Shown here: positions 1 to 12,180 of the stretch, in pieces
How positions within the stretch are numbered: position 1 is the first letter of the stretch
Layout of the letters: each line of letters starts with the position of its first letter
The notes under the pieces: generated by a model
Told to the model about the DNA's origin: nothing
The model's database searches: none
Seen by the model: the letters and a program-made list of their open reading frames with translations, nothing else
DNA from: Mustelus asterias
Lineage: Eukaryota
NCBI RefSeq assembly: GCF_964213995.1
Contig: NC_135830.1
Span: forward strand, 4,774,001-4,838,000
Direction: 5' to 3'
DNA: 64,000 bases
Made by a program: the position numbers and the translations under genes

Positions 1-32
1 TAAGAATGTCGTGCGTTGCTTCAGCCGTGTCA

Positions 33-106
33 TCCTCTCTGGCGCGATCGGTCAGCGAACATGATTATGAACCGAAAGAGTGGTGATTCGCGACCGTCCG
101 GAGACG
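33..106 (+). pseudogene. Degenerate tRNA-Asn-like relic
   Basis: 74 nt colinear with vertebrate tRNA-Asn (tggcgcgatcggtcagcg...aaccgaaag..tggtg.ttcg...gacg); anticodon arm degraded. Confidence 0.6.
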
Positions 107-489
107 GCACTGCCGCTGTGTTTCAGTTTCCCCCACCAGCTTTTATTGTTACATAGTTTTTCTTTAACATTTCGTCCATGGGCCTCAATGAAAGTATTTC
201 TCATGTGCTTCCAGCTCTGCTGTTAACCGGTGTTATCGACATTACTAATTCAGTGAATATTCATCCCAAACACATTTGTAGTAATTTATATATTTCAAAT
301 ACTATTAAACTTAATAACTGAACGCGAAACTTTAACTCATGGTTAATCCTGGGTTTCAATTTAATTTTCCCACCCACTCCACTTCATTCCCGGTTCAATC
401 AGAAATCTGTCCATCCCAGCCTGAAGTGTGTTCAGTGAAAGAGCTAGTCTCATTCCAAATCTCTTGCTAGTGGTTCTGGAGAATAGAAG

Positions 490-725
490 AATGGTTAGTG
501 ACTAGCGCCACTGTCACACAGCTCGCTGGACCCTGTTCGATTCCTGGCTGGAACCATTGGCTGTGTGGGTTTTCCCCATGTCTGTGTGGGTTTCTTCTGG
601 GTGCTGTGGTTTTCCCCCGCGTTCTGAAAGACGTGCTGATTAGGTGAATTGACATGAACTGTGACGACTCGGGTAGCTTCACTGCAGTGTTAATGTAAGC
701 TGGATTTGTGACGAAAAAATGAATT
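490..725 (+). mobile_element. Degenerate tRNA-derived V-SINE
   Basis: Box B remnant gttcgattcc, V-domain-like tctgtgtgggtttc...gggtgc, and tail ttcactgcagtgttaatgtaagc shared with 33808-34100 and 58930-59115. Confidence 0.7.
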
Positions 726-1088
726 AAAGAATGAGAGGGGATGTCACTGAAACTTACACAATTTTGACAAGGCTTTATAGACTCGAGAAACTTATGAATG
801 TTGATACTGATTTGGTTGCGTTTGTACAAGAAATGCAGTTTTATTCCATTTCTGACGAGAAGTTTGTAAGTAGCTCAGATTTCATGCAGCAAAATGAATG
901 GTATTCATTTTGACAGGAGGAACCAGCAGAGGCAATAAGTTGCTGGGGGTAATTGACAAGATTGTGAAAATGAGCGATTTTGTTTCTCACCGCAGTTCAA
1001 ACTGGGTCAACTGTTATTCCTGTTTTCAATCAGGAAATAATTCCAGCTCCTCTTCATTCATCTGCTACACGCATTCAATAAATTTTCA

Positions 1089-1160
1089 TTTCCTGACCGG
1101 GAATCGAATGCTGGTCGTGGCAGTGGGAGCGCCGAATCCTAACCATTAGACCATCAGAGA
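1089..1160 (-). pseudogene. tRNA-Glu pseudogene (anticodon reads CCC)
   Basis: 72 nt colinear with tRNA-Glu; T-stem/B-box broken (CAGCATTCGATT). Confidence 0.8.
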
Positions 1161-3039
1161 AGATAACGACGCAACGTTTAGCCTGACTTTTCCACTTCAG
1201 CATTTTTTTAAATACACAAGAAATATTTGTTGGACAAAAATCACATCCAGAATTAACACGAGTGACTCCTTCAGCCAATGAAACACTAATTGTTGCTGTC
1301 TGGAACAAGGAATCAACAGTGAGGTCTCACAGGATGTTCATGTGTATCTTGCAATTTCCAAAACCGACTCATCTCATCACTGCTGATCCTGTGAAACGGA
1401 TGAGGTAACACACAGCAGATGTCCATCGCTTCAACCTATCTGCTTTCCACCTCAGCATTGTGTAGCTTTAAAAGCACCGTTCTTTAAAAGTTTAAGACTA
1501 TCGTCATTCCACTGATCATTACCGACTTTCTGTGTATTTTATATTGTGATAAAACCTGTATTTATAATATAGACAGCTGATGGTAGACATTCTCTGCTGA
1601 TTTGGCAGCATCTGTGGACACATAAAAATCTAAATATTTCCATGCGTTAGCTGTTTCTGAATTATAGCGATTATTGCGTTTGTAAAGCGGCAAAATATTT
1701 TCAAAACAACTGACTCATTTCAAATTGTTTTTGTTAAATATTAAGGCATTAAATTGTCTCACAGCCATAGGACATTTACACTTCGCCAGGTCTTGAATGA
1801 TATTGTACAACTGCAGTCATAGAGAAAGGAAACAAATTGGGACAAATATTATTTTCTGAATCTTACGTTAGATCAATGAATATGCCACATTGCTAAGGTT
1901 TTCAGCCGAATTGGAATAGGAGAAAACAAGGTTCCACATTGCAATCAGACTGCACGGTTTGATATTCTCGGCCGGTCACATTGGTCATGAACAGAGTTTC
2001 TATAGTGTAGGGGTTATCATCTTCATATCATACAGTATAGGCTCCCCGATTCGAAACGGGGTTGAACATGATCGAAATTTACTGCTGGAAAGTTGCCCGA
2101 TTGTAGTTCGTTGTTGGATGTGAACTGAATACGGATCAACCAAAATATTAATTTGTTCTTCAGCAATTATTGGAAAAAATGCTCTCAGTGTGCAGCTGAT
2201 GTCGGTTTGATGGATTAGCCATTGTAAATGTGTGGGCTTAAGTGGGTTAACGTGGCGACAACAGTCTCGGTCAGGCACCCGGGGCTTACATTCTCTGGAT
2301 CATGTGTCAGCCATTTATGACGAAGGTATGGAGATATTTCTTCTCTCAAAGGCTTGTGAATATTTAGAGTTCTGCAGCCGGCCAGAGGTGTGTGGATCCT
2401 CAGTCGATGAGGACATTGGAGGTTGAGTTGGAGTGTTTTCTGAAATCTAAGGGAATGAAGGGCTGTTGGGATAAGCTGGGAAATTGGGGTTGAGGTTGCG
2501 GATCTGCCTTGAATCAGTCGTGGAGGAGGCTCAATGGGACATGTGACCCAGTTCTACTTCATTGATTCTGTTCACTATCAATAGCAGATCCAGTACCAAT
2601 GGCTTCCGCTGAGAGCATTGAAGTCTCAGGCACTGAATTCAGGGTAATAGCATTAGTTAAGGCGTATGATTGAAACCCATCACTGCTGAACGTTCAATTA
2701 ATTAACTTCATGGAGTACCTTTGATTTGATTTTTTATTGTCACATGCATTAGCATACAGTGAAACGTATTTTTCTTGCACGCTACACAGACAAAGCATAT
2801 CGTTCATCGGGAAGGAAACGAAATATTGCAGAATGTACTGTTACAGTCATAGCTCGGGTGCAGAGGAAGATCAACTTAATACAAGGTAGGTCGTGCATTT
2901 TAACACGTGAATTCCATGCAGTAGAATGTATCGTGAAACATGTCAACAGGAGGTACCAGTAGACACAATGCAAATATAAATTGCTGTGGGCAATTGACGT
3001 GTTTGTGGAGCCAGTTTCCTTACATCGTTGCACCGCAGC

Positions 3040-3105
3040 GTTTCTGGTAATTTTCACGTTCGCCGTTCACACGCAAGTTTCCTGGTTCAATCCTGGGCAG
3101 AAATG
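3040..3105 (+). pseudogene. Degenerate tRNA-Val relic
   Basis: tcacgttcgcc..cacacgc and ggttcaatcctgggcagaaa match tRNA-Val anticodon and T arms; 5' part eroded. Confidence 0.55.
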
Positions 3106-3117
3106 TATTAAACAGGA

Positions 3118-3320
3118 ATAGAAAATGTTGGAAAATCTCAGCAGAACTGACGGCATCTGTGGGGAAACCAACGTTTCAAATCTGGATGACCCTTCATCAA
3201 ATTTCCTGATTCGACACACTGGCTCTGTTCTCTCTTCACAGATGCTGCCAGACCTGCTGAGATTTTCCAGTATTCTTTTTGTGTGTTTCAGGTTCCAGCA
3301 TCAGCAGTATTTCACCTTTA
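3118..3320. mobile_element. Short non-autonomous repeat with inverted arms and decayed hammerhead core (Penelope-like derivative)
   Basis: 3121-3161 is an imperfect inverted copy of 3237-3276; minus strand reads tTGATGA-agggtc...TGAAAcgttg; related pieces at about 4355-4650, 9020-9130, 12020-12105, 12930-13060, 31330-31440, 50470-50610. Confidence 0.6.
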
Positions 3321-4135
3321 CAGAAACATTTCCAAATGTTTTCAATTTCAGAGTAACTCAGCTTTCAGAAATAATCACGCATTTGCCACGAATTATTAAC
3401 TGCCGAGTATTTCCAACATTTTCTGATGGTAACGCCATGAATCAGCCTGTGAAAAGAACAGAAGGAATGGTCTGTGATAGAAAGCAAGGGAGGATGTTTA
3501 AATGAAACAAGGAGTGATGGATAAGGCAACATTTAGCTGGCGATCGTGGAGGCCAGGTGGTCAAGTCGTTCAGAGTCAATCCATTCACCGCCAAGGCCCA
3601 GAATTGATGATAAACTGTCAACTAAACAGAACATTTTACTGAGCGTGTAATCAGTTTCTGGAGGTGAAAGAATCTGAAAGCAAAGGAAGAGAATATCATT
3701 TGCTGCAGAAGGTTGAATGACTGTGTGACTATGTCTGTAGCGACAGTGACCTGGAATGAAGCAATGGAGACAGTAATGATGAACAATGAGATACAAATCT
3801 CTGAAATCACAGCAGAGCTGTGATCAGCTAATATTGTTCAGCAGATTTCCCACAAGAAGCTATCGAAGAGGCAGAGGTTACGAATGATCTTTGAATGTGG
3901 TGAGCTATAGTGAAATTTAGTGGGGTAGAATGCAATATTATTCATTTAGACAGGAGGAAGCAGCAAGGAGAATGTAATGAAAAATTGCCGGGGACAATTG
4001 ACGGGATTGTGCAAGTGGGTTTATTTTGTTTCTCCAGGTAGTTCAAACTGACAGAATGATCATTCCTGTTATCGATCAGGAAGTAATTTCAGCCCCTCCT
4101 CAATCATGTGCTGGTCGGCAGCAATAAAATCGACA

Positions 4136-4207
4136 TTCCCTGACCGGGAATCGAACCCAGGCCGCGGCGGTGAAAGCGCCAAATCCTAACCACTAGACCA
4201 CCAGGGA
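4136..4207 (-). tRNA. TRNAE-UUC: tRNA-Glu (anticodon TTC), probably functional
   Basis: Reverse complement TCCCTGGTGGTCTAGTGGTTAGGATTTGGCGCTTTCACCGCCGCGGCCTGGGTTCGATTCCCGGTCAGGGAA; intact A/B boxes, about 2 substitutions from the vertebrate consensus, T4 run just downstream. Confidence 0.92.
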
Positions 4208-4650
4208 AGATGCGGGCAAGCATTTTAATCTGACCGATACATTTCAGCGTTTTTCAAATACTCGAAAAACGTTTGGGGGGAAAAAAACCTCATGTTTAGA
4301 TCGAACACGAATGACTCCTTCAGTCAGCAGCAAATTACTGCAGATTCTGGAACTTAAAAGAAAAACTTAAAATGCTCGAAAATCTCAACAGGCATGACGG
4401 CATCTCTGGAGAGAGAATAGAGCCAACATTTCAAATCTGCATGGTCAGTCATCAAAGCTGAAGACAGGAAAAGGGGACGAGATTGATACTTTAAGTGTGG
4501 GATATGTCGTGTGAGGGTGGGAGCCGTGGGTAAGAGTTGACAAAGTTGTGATGGAAAAAAAATCAAAGGGAATGGAAAGGGTGGCGGTAAAAGCAAAATA
4601 CTGCGGATGCTGGAATCTGAAACAAAAACAGACAATGCTGGAACATCTGA

Positions 4651-5007
4651 GCAGTAGCAGCACAGTGGTTGGCACTGCTGCTTCGCAGCTCTAGTGGACC
4701 TGGGTTCAATTCCCGGCTTCGATTCCCGGCTTGGGTTACTGTCTGTGTGGAATTTGCGCATTCTCCTCGTTTCCACGTGGGTTCTCTCCGGAAGCTCCGG
4801 TTTCCTACCACAGTCCAGAGATGTGCGGGTTAGGTTGATTGACCAAGCTCAAGTTGCCCTTGGTGTCCTGCGATACGTAGGCGAGAGGGATTAGTGGGTA
4901 AATATGTAGGGATAATGGGGGTAGAGCCTGGGTGGGATTGTGGTCGGTACAGACTCGATGGGCTGAATGGCCTCTTTCCGCACTGTCGGTTTTTTAACTT
5001 TTCTATG
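4651..5007 (+). mobile_element. HE1-type V-SINE, near full length
   Basis: tRNA-like head (cacagtggttggcactgctgc...gggttcaattcccggc), V-domain, CR1-like tail ending tctatg. Confidence 0.9.
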
Positions 5008-5982
5008 GAGAGAGATGTTTTTGGAATCTAAGGGAATGAAGGGCCATCAGGATACGTTTGGAAATTGATGTTGATTCCTGGGATTCGTCATGATCTCCTC
5101 AAATTCCGGAGGAGACTCCATGGGACATGTGAGCCAATCCTACTCCATCAATTCCATTCCCTGCAGCACCAGATCTGATAGGGATCACCTCTGTTAAAAG
5201 CGTTGGTGAGTGTTCTGAGGCATTGAATTCGAGGCAGCAGCATTTGTGGAGGAAAGTGATCAAATGCCGCAAATTTCAGGTGTTCAGTTGATTTGCTTTA
5301 CACGTCATGAATACTTTTTCTCGAACATGTTATTACGAAACGTTAATGCAATAGGAAGTATCATTATTCATTTTGACAGGAAAAATCAGCAGAGACAATG
5401 TAATATCAATTGCTGTGGGCAGAAGATGGGCTTCCGGAGCCAGTCTAGTTGTTTGTCCAGTAAACCGGATCTGCTTGTCCTGAGGTCATCACCGTGTTTC
5501 TGTAGTTCGGTGGTTATCACAAGAGCCAGGTTAATTCTGAAAATATCTGGTTAGGACGAGGAATGATGAAGTGTACATGATAGGATTTGAACTTCAGTTA
5601 GAAAATTCAAGTCCAGCACCTTAATTCCTGGGCAGGGAATAAAGTCTCGATGTTTGTACTCCTGTTATTTATATCATGATGCAAAGATTGGCATTGGACT
5701 GGAGTGGGTATAGTAAGAATTCTCACAACACCAGATTAAAGTCCAACAGGCTTATTTGGAATTGCGAGCTTTGAGGAGCACTGCTCCTTCAACAGGTTGT
5801 TCAAATAGGCAGTCAGAAATTCAGCCTGTGTGCGCTCTCAAAGGAGCCACTTGCACACACGCTGCTTTACCCCAGCAACGTTTTAAATTGGTGATGTCTC
5901 TGCTCGTTGTTCACGACGAAAACGACACCGCACACACTCCTGCACTCAATCCGAGATGTTAGACCAAAACTCAAATCCATTT

Positions 5983-6064
5983 TGGCAGCGGTGGGATTCG
6001 AACCCACGCCTCCGCAGAGACTGGAGCCTTAACCCAGCGCCTTAGACCGCTCGGCCACGCTACC
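5983..6064 (-). tRNA. TRNAL-AAG: tRNA-Leu (anticodon AAG)
   Basis: 82 nt GGTAGCGTGGCCGAGCGGTCTAAGGCGCTGGGTTAAGGCTCCAGTCTCTGCGGAGGCGTGGGTTCGAATCCCACCGCTGCCA; near-identical to vertebrate Leu-AAG (G31-U39 wobble). Confidence 0.93.
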
Positions 6065-7039
6065 ACGTTAAACTGCATCGCAATCATGTTATTTAATGAT
6101 AATGTTACTGAAATTCATTGAAAGCAATGGAGTTTGGAAAGGCCATCAGGAAGCATGAGCCTGCTCCTTCACTGAATCAGGTAAGTCTGAACTGCGGAAC
6201 AAACAGAAATCATCTCACGTCAGAAACACAATGAGCTGCAGTGAAGGGCCAGCATCATTTAAACTGTCCTTAAGCTCGTTGCTTCCCAATTTCCTGCCAG
6301 AAATGACAAGAGAACCTCCTGTTGAATTTGCTCAGGGTCTGCACTTAAGGACACGAGGCGAAATTATGTTTTGTATCTTCGTCAAGGCAATAACTCACAT
6401 TTGTTTTCAGAGTTTGGATGGGAGCAATAAATCTTCAATTCCAGACCAGTAATCTAAACAACAGGGAAAGAGTCAAACTCACCAGACCAGCAGCTTACAC
6501 CCTGTTTTAGAATTTAATTCATCCACGCTGCTTTCGTTACTTTAATTTTTACGCCACGTTCACCACAAATAGCTTTCTCCTGCAAAATGGCGCCTTCTGT
6601 TTCAACGCCAGTGATGTGTAATTAATGAAAGCTCCAACAAGGTGAGGCTTCTTCCTGTGTTTACCCAGTCCAACGTCGGCATCTCCACATCAGGGAATAC
6701 AGTCTCACTGTTTGGAATCCTGTCATTTATATCATGGTGTAAATATGTCGGTGTTGGACTGGAGTGGGTACAGTAAGAATTCTCACAACACCAGGTTAAA
6801 GTCCAACAAGTTTATTTGTAATTGAAGGCTTTCAGGAGCACTGCTCCTTCATCAGGTTGTTTAACTCGGCAGTCAGAAATTCAGCCTGTGTGTGCTCTCG
6901 AAAAGAGCCACTTGCACACACGCTGCTTTACCCCAGCAACTTCTTAAGTTAGTAATGTCTCTGCTCGTTGTTCCTGACGAAAACGACACCGCACGCACTC
7001 CTGCATTCAATCCGAACTGTTAGACCAAAACTTAAACTT

Positions 7040-7121
7040 TGGCAGCGGTGGGATTCGAACCCACGCCTCCGCAGAGACTGGAGCCTTATTCCAGCGCCTT
7101 AGACCGCTCGGCCACGCTACC
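7040..7121 (-). tRNA. TRNAL-AAG: tRNA-Leu (anticodon AAG), duplicate copy
   Basis: Same 82-nt body; A at position 32 instead of U. Confidence 0.9.
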
Positions 7122-8054
7122 ACGTTAAGTTGCATCGCAATCATGTTATTTAATGATAATGTTACTGAAATTCATTAAAAGCAATTCAGCTTCGAAAGGC
7201 CATCAGGAAGCATGAGCTGCTCCTTCACTGATTCAGGTAAGTCTGAACTGCGTAACAAACAGAAATCATCTCACGTCAGAGACACAATGAGCTGCAGTGA
7301 AGGGCCGGCATCATTTAAACTGTCCTTAAGCTCGCCTATTTCCAATTTCCTGCCAGAAATGACAAGGGAACCTCCTGTTGAATTTCCTCAGGGTCTGCAC
7401 TTAAGGACCATATTATGTTTTATATCTTCATCCAGGCAATAACTCACATTTGTTTTCAGAGTTTGGATGGGAGCAATAAATCTTCAATTCCAGACCAGTA
7501 ATCTAAACAGCAGGGAAAGAGTCAAACTCTCACCACCAGACCAGCAGTTTACAGTGTGTTTTAGAATTTAATTTACCCCCGCTGCTTTTCTTCCTTTAAT
7601 TTTCACGCCACTTTCGCCACAAACAGCTTTCTCCTGCAAAAGGGCACCTTCTGCTTCAACAACATGATGTGTTCAGCCAATGACAACATACCACGAACAC
7701 TCAAGTGCAATTATCACTTTCGCTTCCGACGGTTCGAAACCGGACTGAAACATTTCCAAATGCTTTTCAATGGAGAGTGAGGGAAAAGTTTCATTATTCA
7801 GTGTCAATATAAACAGCAAACTCTGACCCATTACCAGACAGATTTTACCTTGCAACAACATCTCAATCGTTAGTACTTTGCAGCCTATCACTGTCCTTCT
7901 CTTTCTGTGTTTGTTCTTGAACTGTTGCACATATGAAATTTCCAGCTCTGATATAAACTTGCAAACCTCACTCGGCTGATTCTAATAGATCTGTTTTCGA
8001 TCAGAGAGTAAATCAGATCATTATTAATGGTTTCCTGAGAGCAAATACTCTTAT

Positions 8055-8125
8055 TTTCCTCAGCGGGAATTGAAGCCAGACATCACTGGGGGAGTGCTGA
8101 ACATGAACCATTGGACTGCCAGGGA
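8055..8125 (-). pseudogene. Highly degenerate tRNA-Glu relic
   Basis: cgggaattgaagcc...aaccattggactgccaggga plus the same upstream flank seen at other Glu copies. Confidence 0.55.
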
Positions 8126-8334
8126 AACCGGTGAACTGCGTTTTTCAAACTGACTTAACATATATCCCTTTTCTCATTATTTTCATCTCAGATCTTTTTC
8201 ACTTGTGACACGTTTCACCTTCAAAATGTCCTGTTTGGATGGAACATGATTGCCTCCTTCAGCCAATGACAACATGGATTGAGCTGGGTCATGGAATTGA
8301 CAGTGAGGTGATATGGTCCCACAAGCTGCTGAAG

Positions 8335-8747
8335 GTTAGAAGTTTGAGGGGGGATCTGTTCGAGGTATATAAAATTATAAATGGATTGATAAAGTGAAGG
8401 TAGACCAAAAGTTTGTTCTTATGGGGCAATCTAGAATAAGAGGTCACGTGTACAGTTTGAGAGCCGGTTGATTTAAAACTGAGATGAGGAAGAACTACTT
8501 CTCGCAAAGGGTGGTGAATTGGTGGAACTCGCTGCCCCATAGCGTGGTGGAGTCTGAATCATTGCATGATTTCAAGAAGGGATAGATATATTTCTGATAA
8601 AGAAAACGTATTAAGGGAATATGGAGAACAGGTGGGGAGGTGGATTTCAGTTCATGGAGATGTCAACCATGATCTGATTGAATGCAGAGCAGGACCAAAG
8701 GGCTGAATTTGCCTACATCTGCTCCCAATTCCTATGTTCCTATGTTT
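8335..8747 (+). mobile_element. CR1 LINE 3' fragment
   Basis: RxLRGDLxEVYKI-encoding segment, FFxQRVV remnant, (ttcctatg)n tail. Confidence 0.85.
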
Positions 8748-9184
8748 CAATGTGTAAGGTTCAATTTTCAAGCCCACAACCCTCATCACTGCGGTTCTGT
8801 TGAAATATATGTACAGTACGCCCTCTGGTTCCCCTTCACCCACAACGCGGGTGAGTAGTGCAACTAACTTTGTAATCATTTCATTCTGTGGTGTAATCAT
8901 TCTGTCATTCTCTGTTTCCCTCATTTATTTTCTCCTAGTTTCCACCATACCAGATGCTGTTATGTTTCCTCCCTGCTGGATTTCACTTGTTTTCAACATC
9001 CTACATTTCTAAACATTCTCAATGTTAATGAAAGGTCATGGAGGTGAAAGTTTATCTTTGTTTCCCTATGCACACACGCTGGCTGATTTCCTGAGTTTTT
9101 CCAACATTATCACTTTTCAGTGCAGATGTCTGATCCGCTTTTAGATAGTAATGAAAATATATTTAGTTGATGCGTGTTTTCCAA

Positions 9185-9274
9185 CGATGGTTGGTCTAAG
9201 GTACGATTCCCGCTTCGGGTGTTAAAATCGCATGACTGTGAAAGGCTTCCCCGGTTCAAACCCCAGGCAACCTC
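9185..9274 (+). pseudogene. tRNA-Pro(CGG)-like relic with a 17-nt insert 3' of the anticodon
   Basis: gttggtctaaggtacgattcccgcttcggg matches tRNA-Pro 5' half; tgtgaaagg...ccggttcaaacccc matches 3' half; extra tgttaaaatcgcatgac at 9220-9236. Confidence 0.7.
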
Positions 9275-9924
9275 TTGCTTTGTAATGGATAAGTCGTGGA
9301 GTTTGTTAGTTTATTTCCCGTGACATGGCGCAATTGGCTCACATGGGATATGATTTGAGAACCTGAGCACACTCTGCAAGGCTTCTGTAAGCACAACAAC
9401 CTTACAGGCAATCCAGACATTTTCAAAACGTGACAATGCTTGCGGACATTCATGTAATCTTTATTCACCCATCCAGAGGACCCCATGCTTGTGGGTTCAG
9501 ACAGCTGTTGTATGTATATTGGATTGTGGGTGTCTGCCTCACTCTCTGTCCCTCTCTGTCTCTTTTTGTCGCTGGAGACCTGTCTCAGACTCTGACACTC
9601 TCTCAGTCTCTCTATCTGTGCATCGATCACTGTTCCCTCTTTTGCTCTTTGCTCCCTAGATTCTCTCGCTGTCTATGTTTAACCAAGGTTCACTGGATTC
9701 AATCCTATGATGAGGCGGTTGTCCTGGGAGGAGAGATTCAGTGGGATGAATTTGTTTTCTCTGTATATTAGAAGAATGCTCGCCATGAGACAAGAGAACC
9801 TACAACATAGCAGCCGGCTGCAAATGGTCACTCAAAGCATTTGACCCACTTGCCGTTACTGGCACATTGAATGAAAAAGGCCACGTGCTTTGAGTGACCA
9901 TTTGCACCTGATGGCTCTGTTACT

Positions 9925-9996
9925 GGTTCTGTGGTGTGACGGTGAGCACTCTGGACTCTGAATGCAGCAATTGGAGTTCAGAACTCGGTGAAGGAT
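9925..9996 (+). pseudogene. tRNA-Gln (CTG) divergent copy/pseudogene
   Basis: ggttctgtggtgtgacggtgagcactctggactctgaat...gagttcagaactcggtg; acceptor stem mismatched; T-run downstream. Confidence 0.8.
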
Positions 9997-10646
9997 TGTT
10001 GTTTTTTGCTCAAGCCGATGATGGGTTTTCTGAAGAGCATTTCATTTTAAATTCTCAGAACGTGGAAATATAAACATTGAGGAAATTTCAGCAAATTCCA
10101 CCGCAATCAATTGCAGATGTTGCAGCGAAAGACTCTCCAGGCATCATTGCATCAGCCCCAGAGAACGATTGCTCAAGAATACAAAGCGCTGAGAGGCAGG
10201 GAAGCCACAGTGTGCATGGGGTCCACCGAAAGGAGACATTCACACAGTTATTTGTCCCAATTTAAACAAAAAGAGATCGGAGGCGAGAGGCCAGAGTGCG
10301 AACCGTTACACCATGGAATCGACAGCATTCTGACCGAAGACACTAGATTTTTCTCCCAAAACACACACACACGTATCTCGTCTCTCTCTCCCTCAGACAC
10401 ACACACACACACATTTGCTCAATAATTCGCAGACTCCAGTCGAATTGTTATTGTGTGACACCAACTGCTTCTTCCTTTCAACAGAGGAGTTAAAGAGTTG
10501 TCGAAAAGATGAAGGACACTGACATTGCAGGCATCTGGCGCCAGAGGCTCAGCAATGTGGGTTGTAATCGCAGTTCGTACTTCGTGAGAAAATTAAGCGA
10601 AACGCCCTTCAGCAAATCAATCACCAGCATTTGGCAAAGAACGGCG

Positions 10647-10718
10647 AAGCCCCGCCGAGATTTGATCTCGGATCGCTGGATTCAGAGTCCAGAGTGCTCA
10701 CTGTTACACCACGGAACC
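10647..10718 (-). tRNA. tRNA-Gln (CTG), divergent, possibly pseudogene
   Basis: GGTTCCGTGGTGTAACAGTGAGCACTCTGGACTCTGAATCCAGCGATCCGAGATCAAATCTCGGCGGGGCTT; G18 and T54 altered. Confidence 0.78.
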
Positions 10719-11863
10719 CACCACACGACAGCAGCTTGGAAATGGTCGCTCAATACTTGTGCCAATTTGAACAGGAGGGAGAAATATCAGTCCCATTACA
10801 CAATCCCGTCAATTACCCACAACAATTCATATTTACATTGCCCTGGCTGGTTCCTCCTGGAAAAATGGGTAAACTACCTTCAACTGCATTAAATTTCACT
10901 GTAGCTCACCACATTCGAAGAGCAATGTTAGCATCGAACTGATATCAGCCTTACTGGGATAAATGTACTGAACAACATCAGCTTATCACAGCTCTGTTTC
11001 CCTCACAATGGAAGCCAGTGTGAAAATATGAACAATTTCAAATCTTAACAGACAGGAAGGAGTTTGTGCCTGCGGATAATTGGTACTGTGCACATTGCTG
11101 CAATCAGTGTCTGGGAGAATAAGGCAAATGAGATCCTGGTGGTCCAGCTTTCAGGGTCGCAGACTGCCTTCGATCTATTAACATTTAATATTTTTTATAA
11201 ACAGACCAGCGCTTTGTCCAAAGCAGCTCTGCCAGAATCAGTGGAGTGAGATTTGCAGTTTTGCTTCCGAGTGGAAAATGTCACATAGAGAACAGGTCAA
11301 GAACAAGCACAGAAAGTGAACGGCACTGATAGACTGCAAAGCGCTGCCGATAGAGATGGTGATACAAGGTAAATTCTGGGTGGCAATGGGTCAGATTTAA
11401 TCGTTTGCATTGAGAGAAATATCACTCATTTCGGGATAAAATTCTCGGGCGAAATGACAAGGAAACTACTCACTGAATGAAAGACTAATCAATTTGACTT
11501 CTACTGATTGCAAAGAGTTTTCATTCAGAAAGCCGTAACTGTGAGATTAGCAAAGCGGGATGGAGAAGGACTCAGTTTGAGTGGTGACACTGCCAGAGGA
11601 ATGGAGAGCTGGAGTTCAAACAGAAAAGCAGCAAAGATTCAAAATAATGGGAAGCAACCAATGTTGCCCTTGTCCATTATTCCTTGTGCCAGTTAATCCA
11701 TCCTGTCTTGCTCGCTATCGCCGACTTTCCCTTTTATATTCTTTACTCAGAGATTCCCGTGTTAAATGCTGTTAAAAAAAAACTCAACAGCTCAATTAAT
11801 GTTTCATGAGACACGAGAATAATTCTGAAATCTGAATCACTTTGAAATGAAATCATTTGGAAA

Positions 11864-11936
11864 TGTTTCGGCCCGATCTTGAACTGGGGATTTTCTGCGT
11901 GTGAACCGAACGTGAGAACCACTACACGACATAGCC
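11864..11936 (-). pseudogene. tRNA-Val (CAC) pseudogene
   Basis: 73 nt colinear with tRNA-Val with many stem mismatches. Confidence 0.75.
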
Positions 11937-12108
11937 ATGTGCGCATTTGAAGCAGTTCCGGTTTACTGGTGGAGCAACTAAACTCTCCGCCAAGCCAATC
12001 AGTTGCTCACTTTAATCAAAAGGGAAAATCTCAATGGGTCTGGCAGCATCTGTGAGGAGAGAAAAGAGCTAACGTTTCGAGTTTAGATGACCCTTTGTTA
12101 AAGCCTTA

Positions 12109-12180
12109 ACGCAGGACCGGGAATCGAAACCGGGCCACGGTGGTGAAAGGGCCGAATCTTAACGACTGGACCATCAGGGA
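12109..12180 (-). pseudogene. tRNA-Glu (TTC) pseudogene
   Basis: gaccgggaatcgaaaccgggccacggtggtgaaagggccgaatcttaacgactggaccatcaggga; 3' acceptor strand lost. Confidence 0.8.

Larger units (their letters stand above)
5633..7670. repeat. Tandem duplication, about 1058-bp unit x2, each carrying tRNA-Leu(AAG) and a Penelope pLTR fragment
   Basis: cagggaat(a/c)agtctc at 5633 and 6691; colinear sequence thereafter with scattered substitutions. Confidence 0.92.

Noticed and set aside
4354-4894. Recurring short ORFs such as GGTVAQWLALL / LSVWSLHVL at several loci
   Set aside because: These are translations of HE1 SINE copies, not a protein family.
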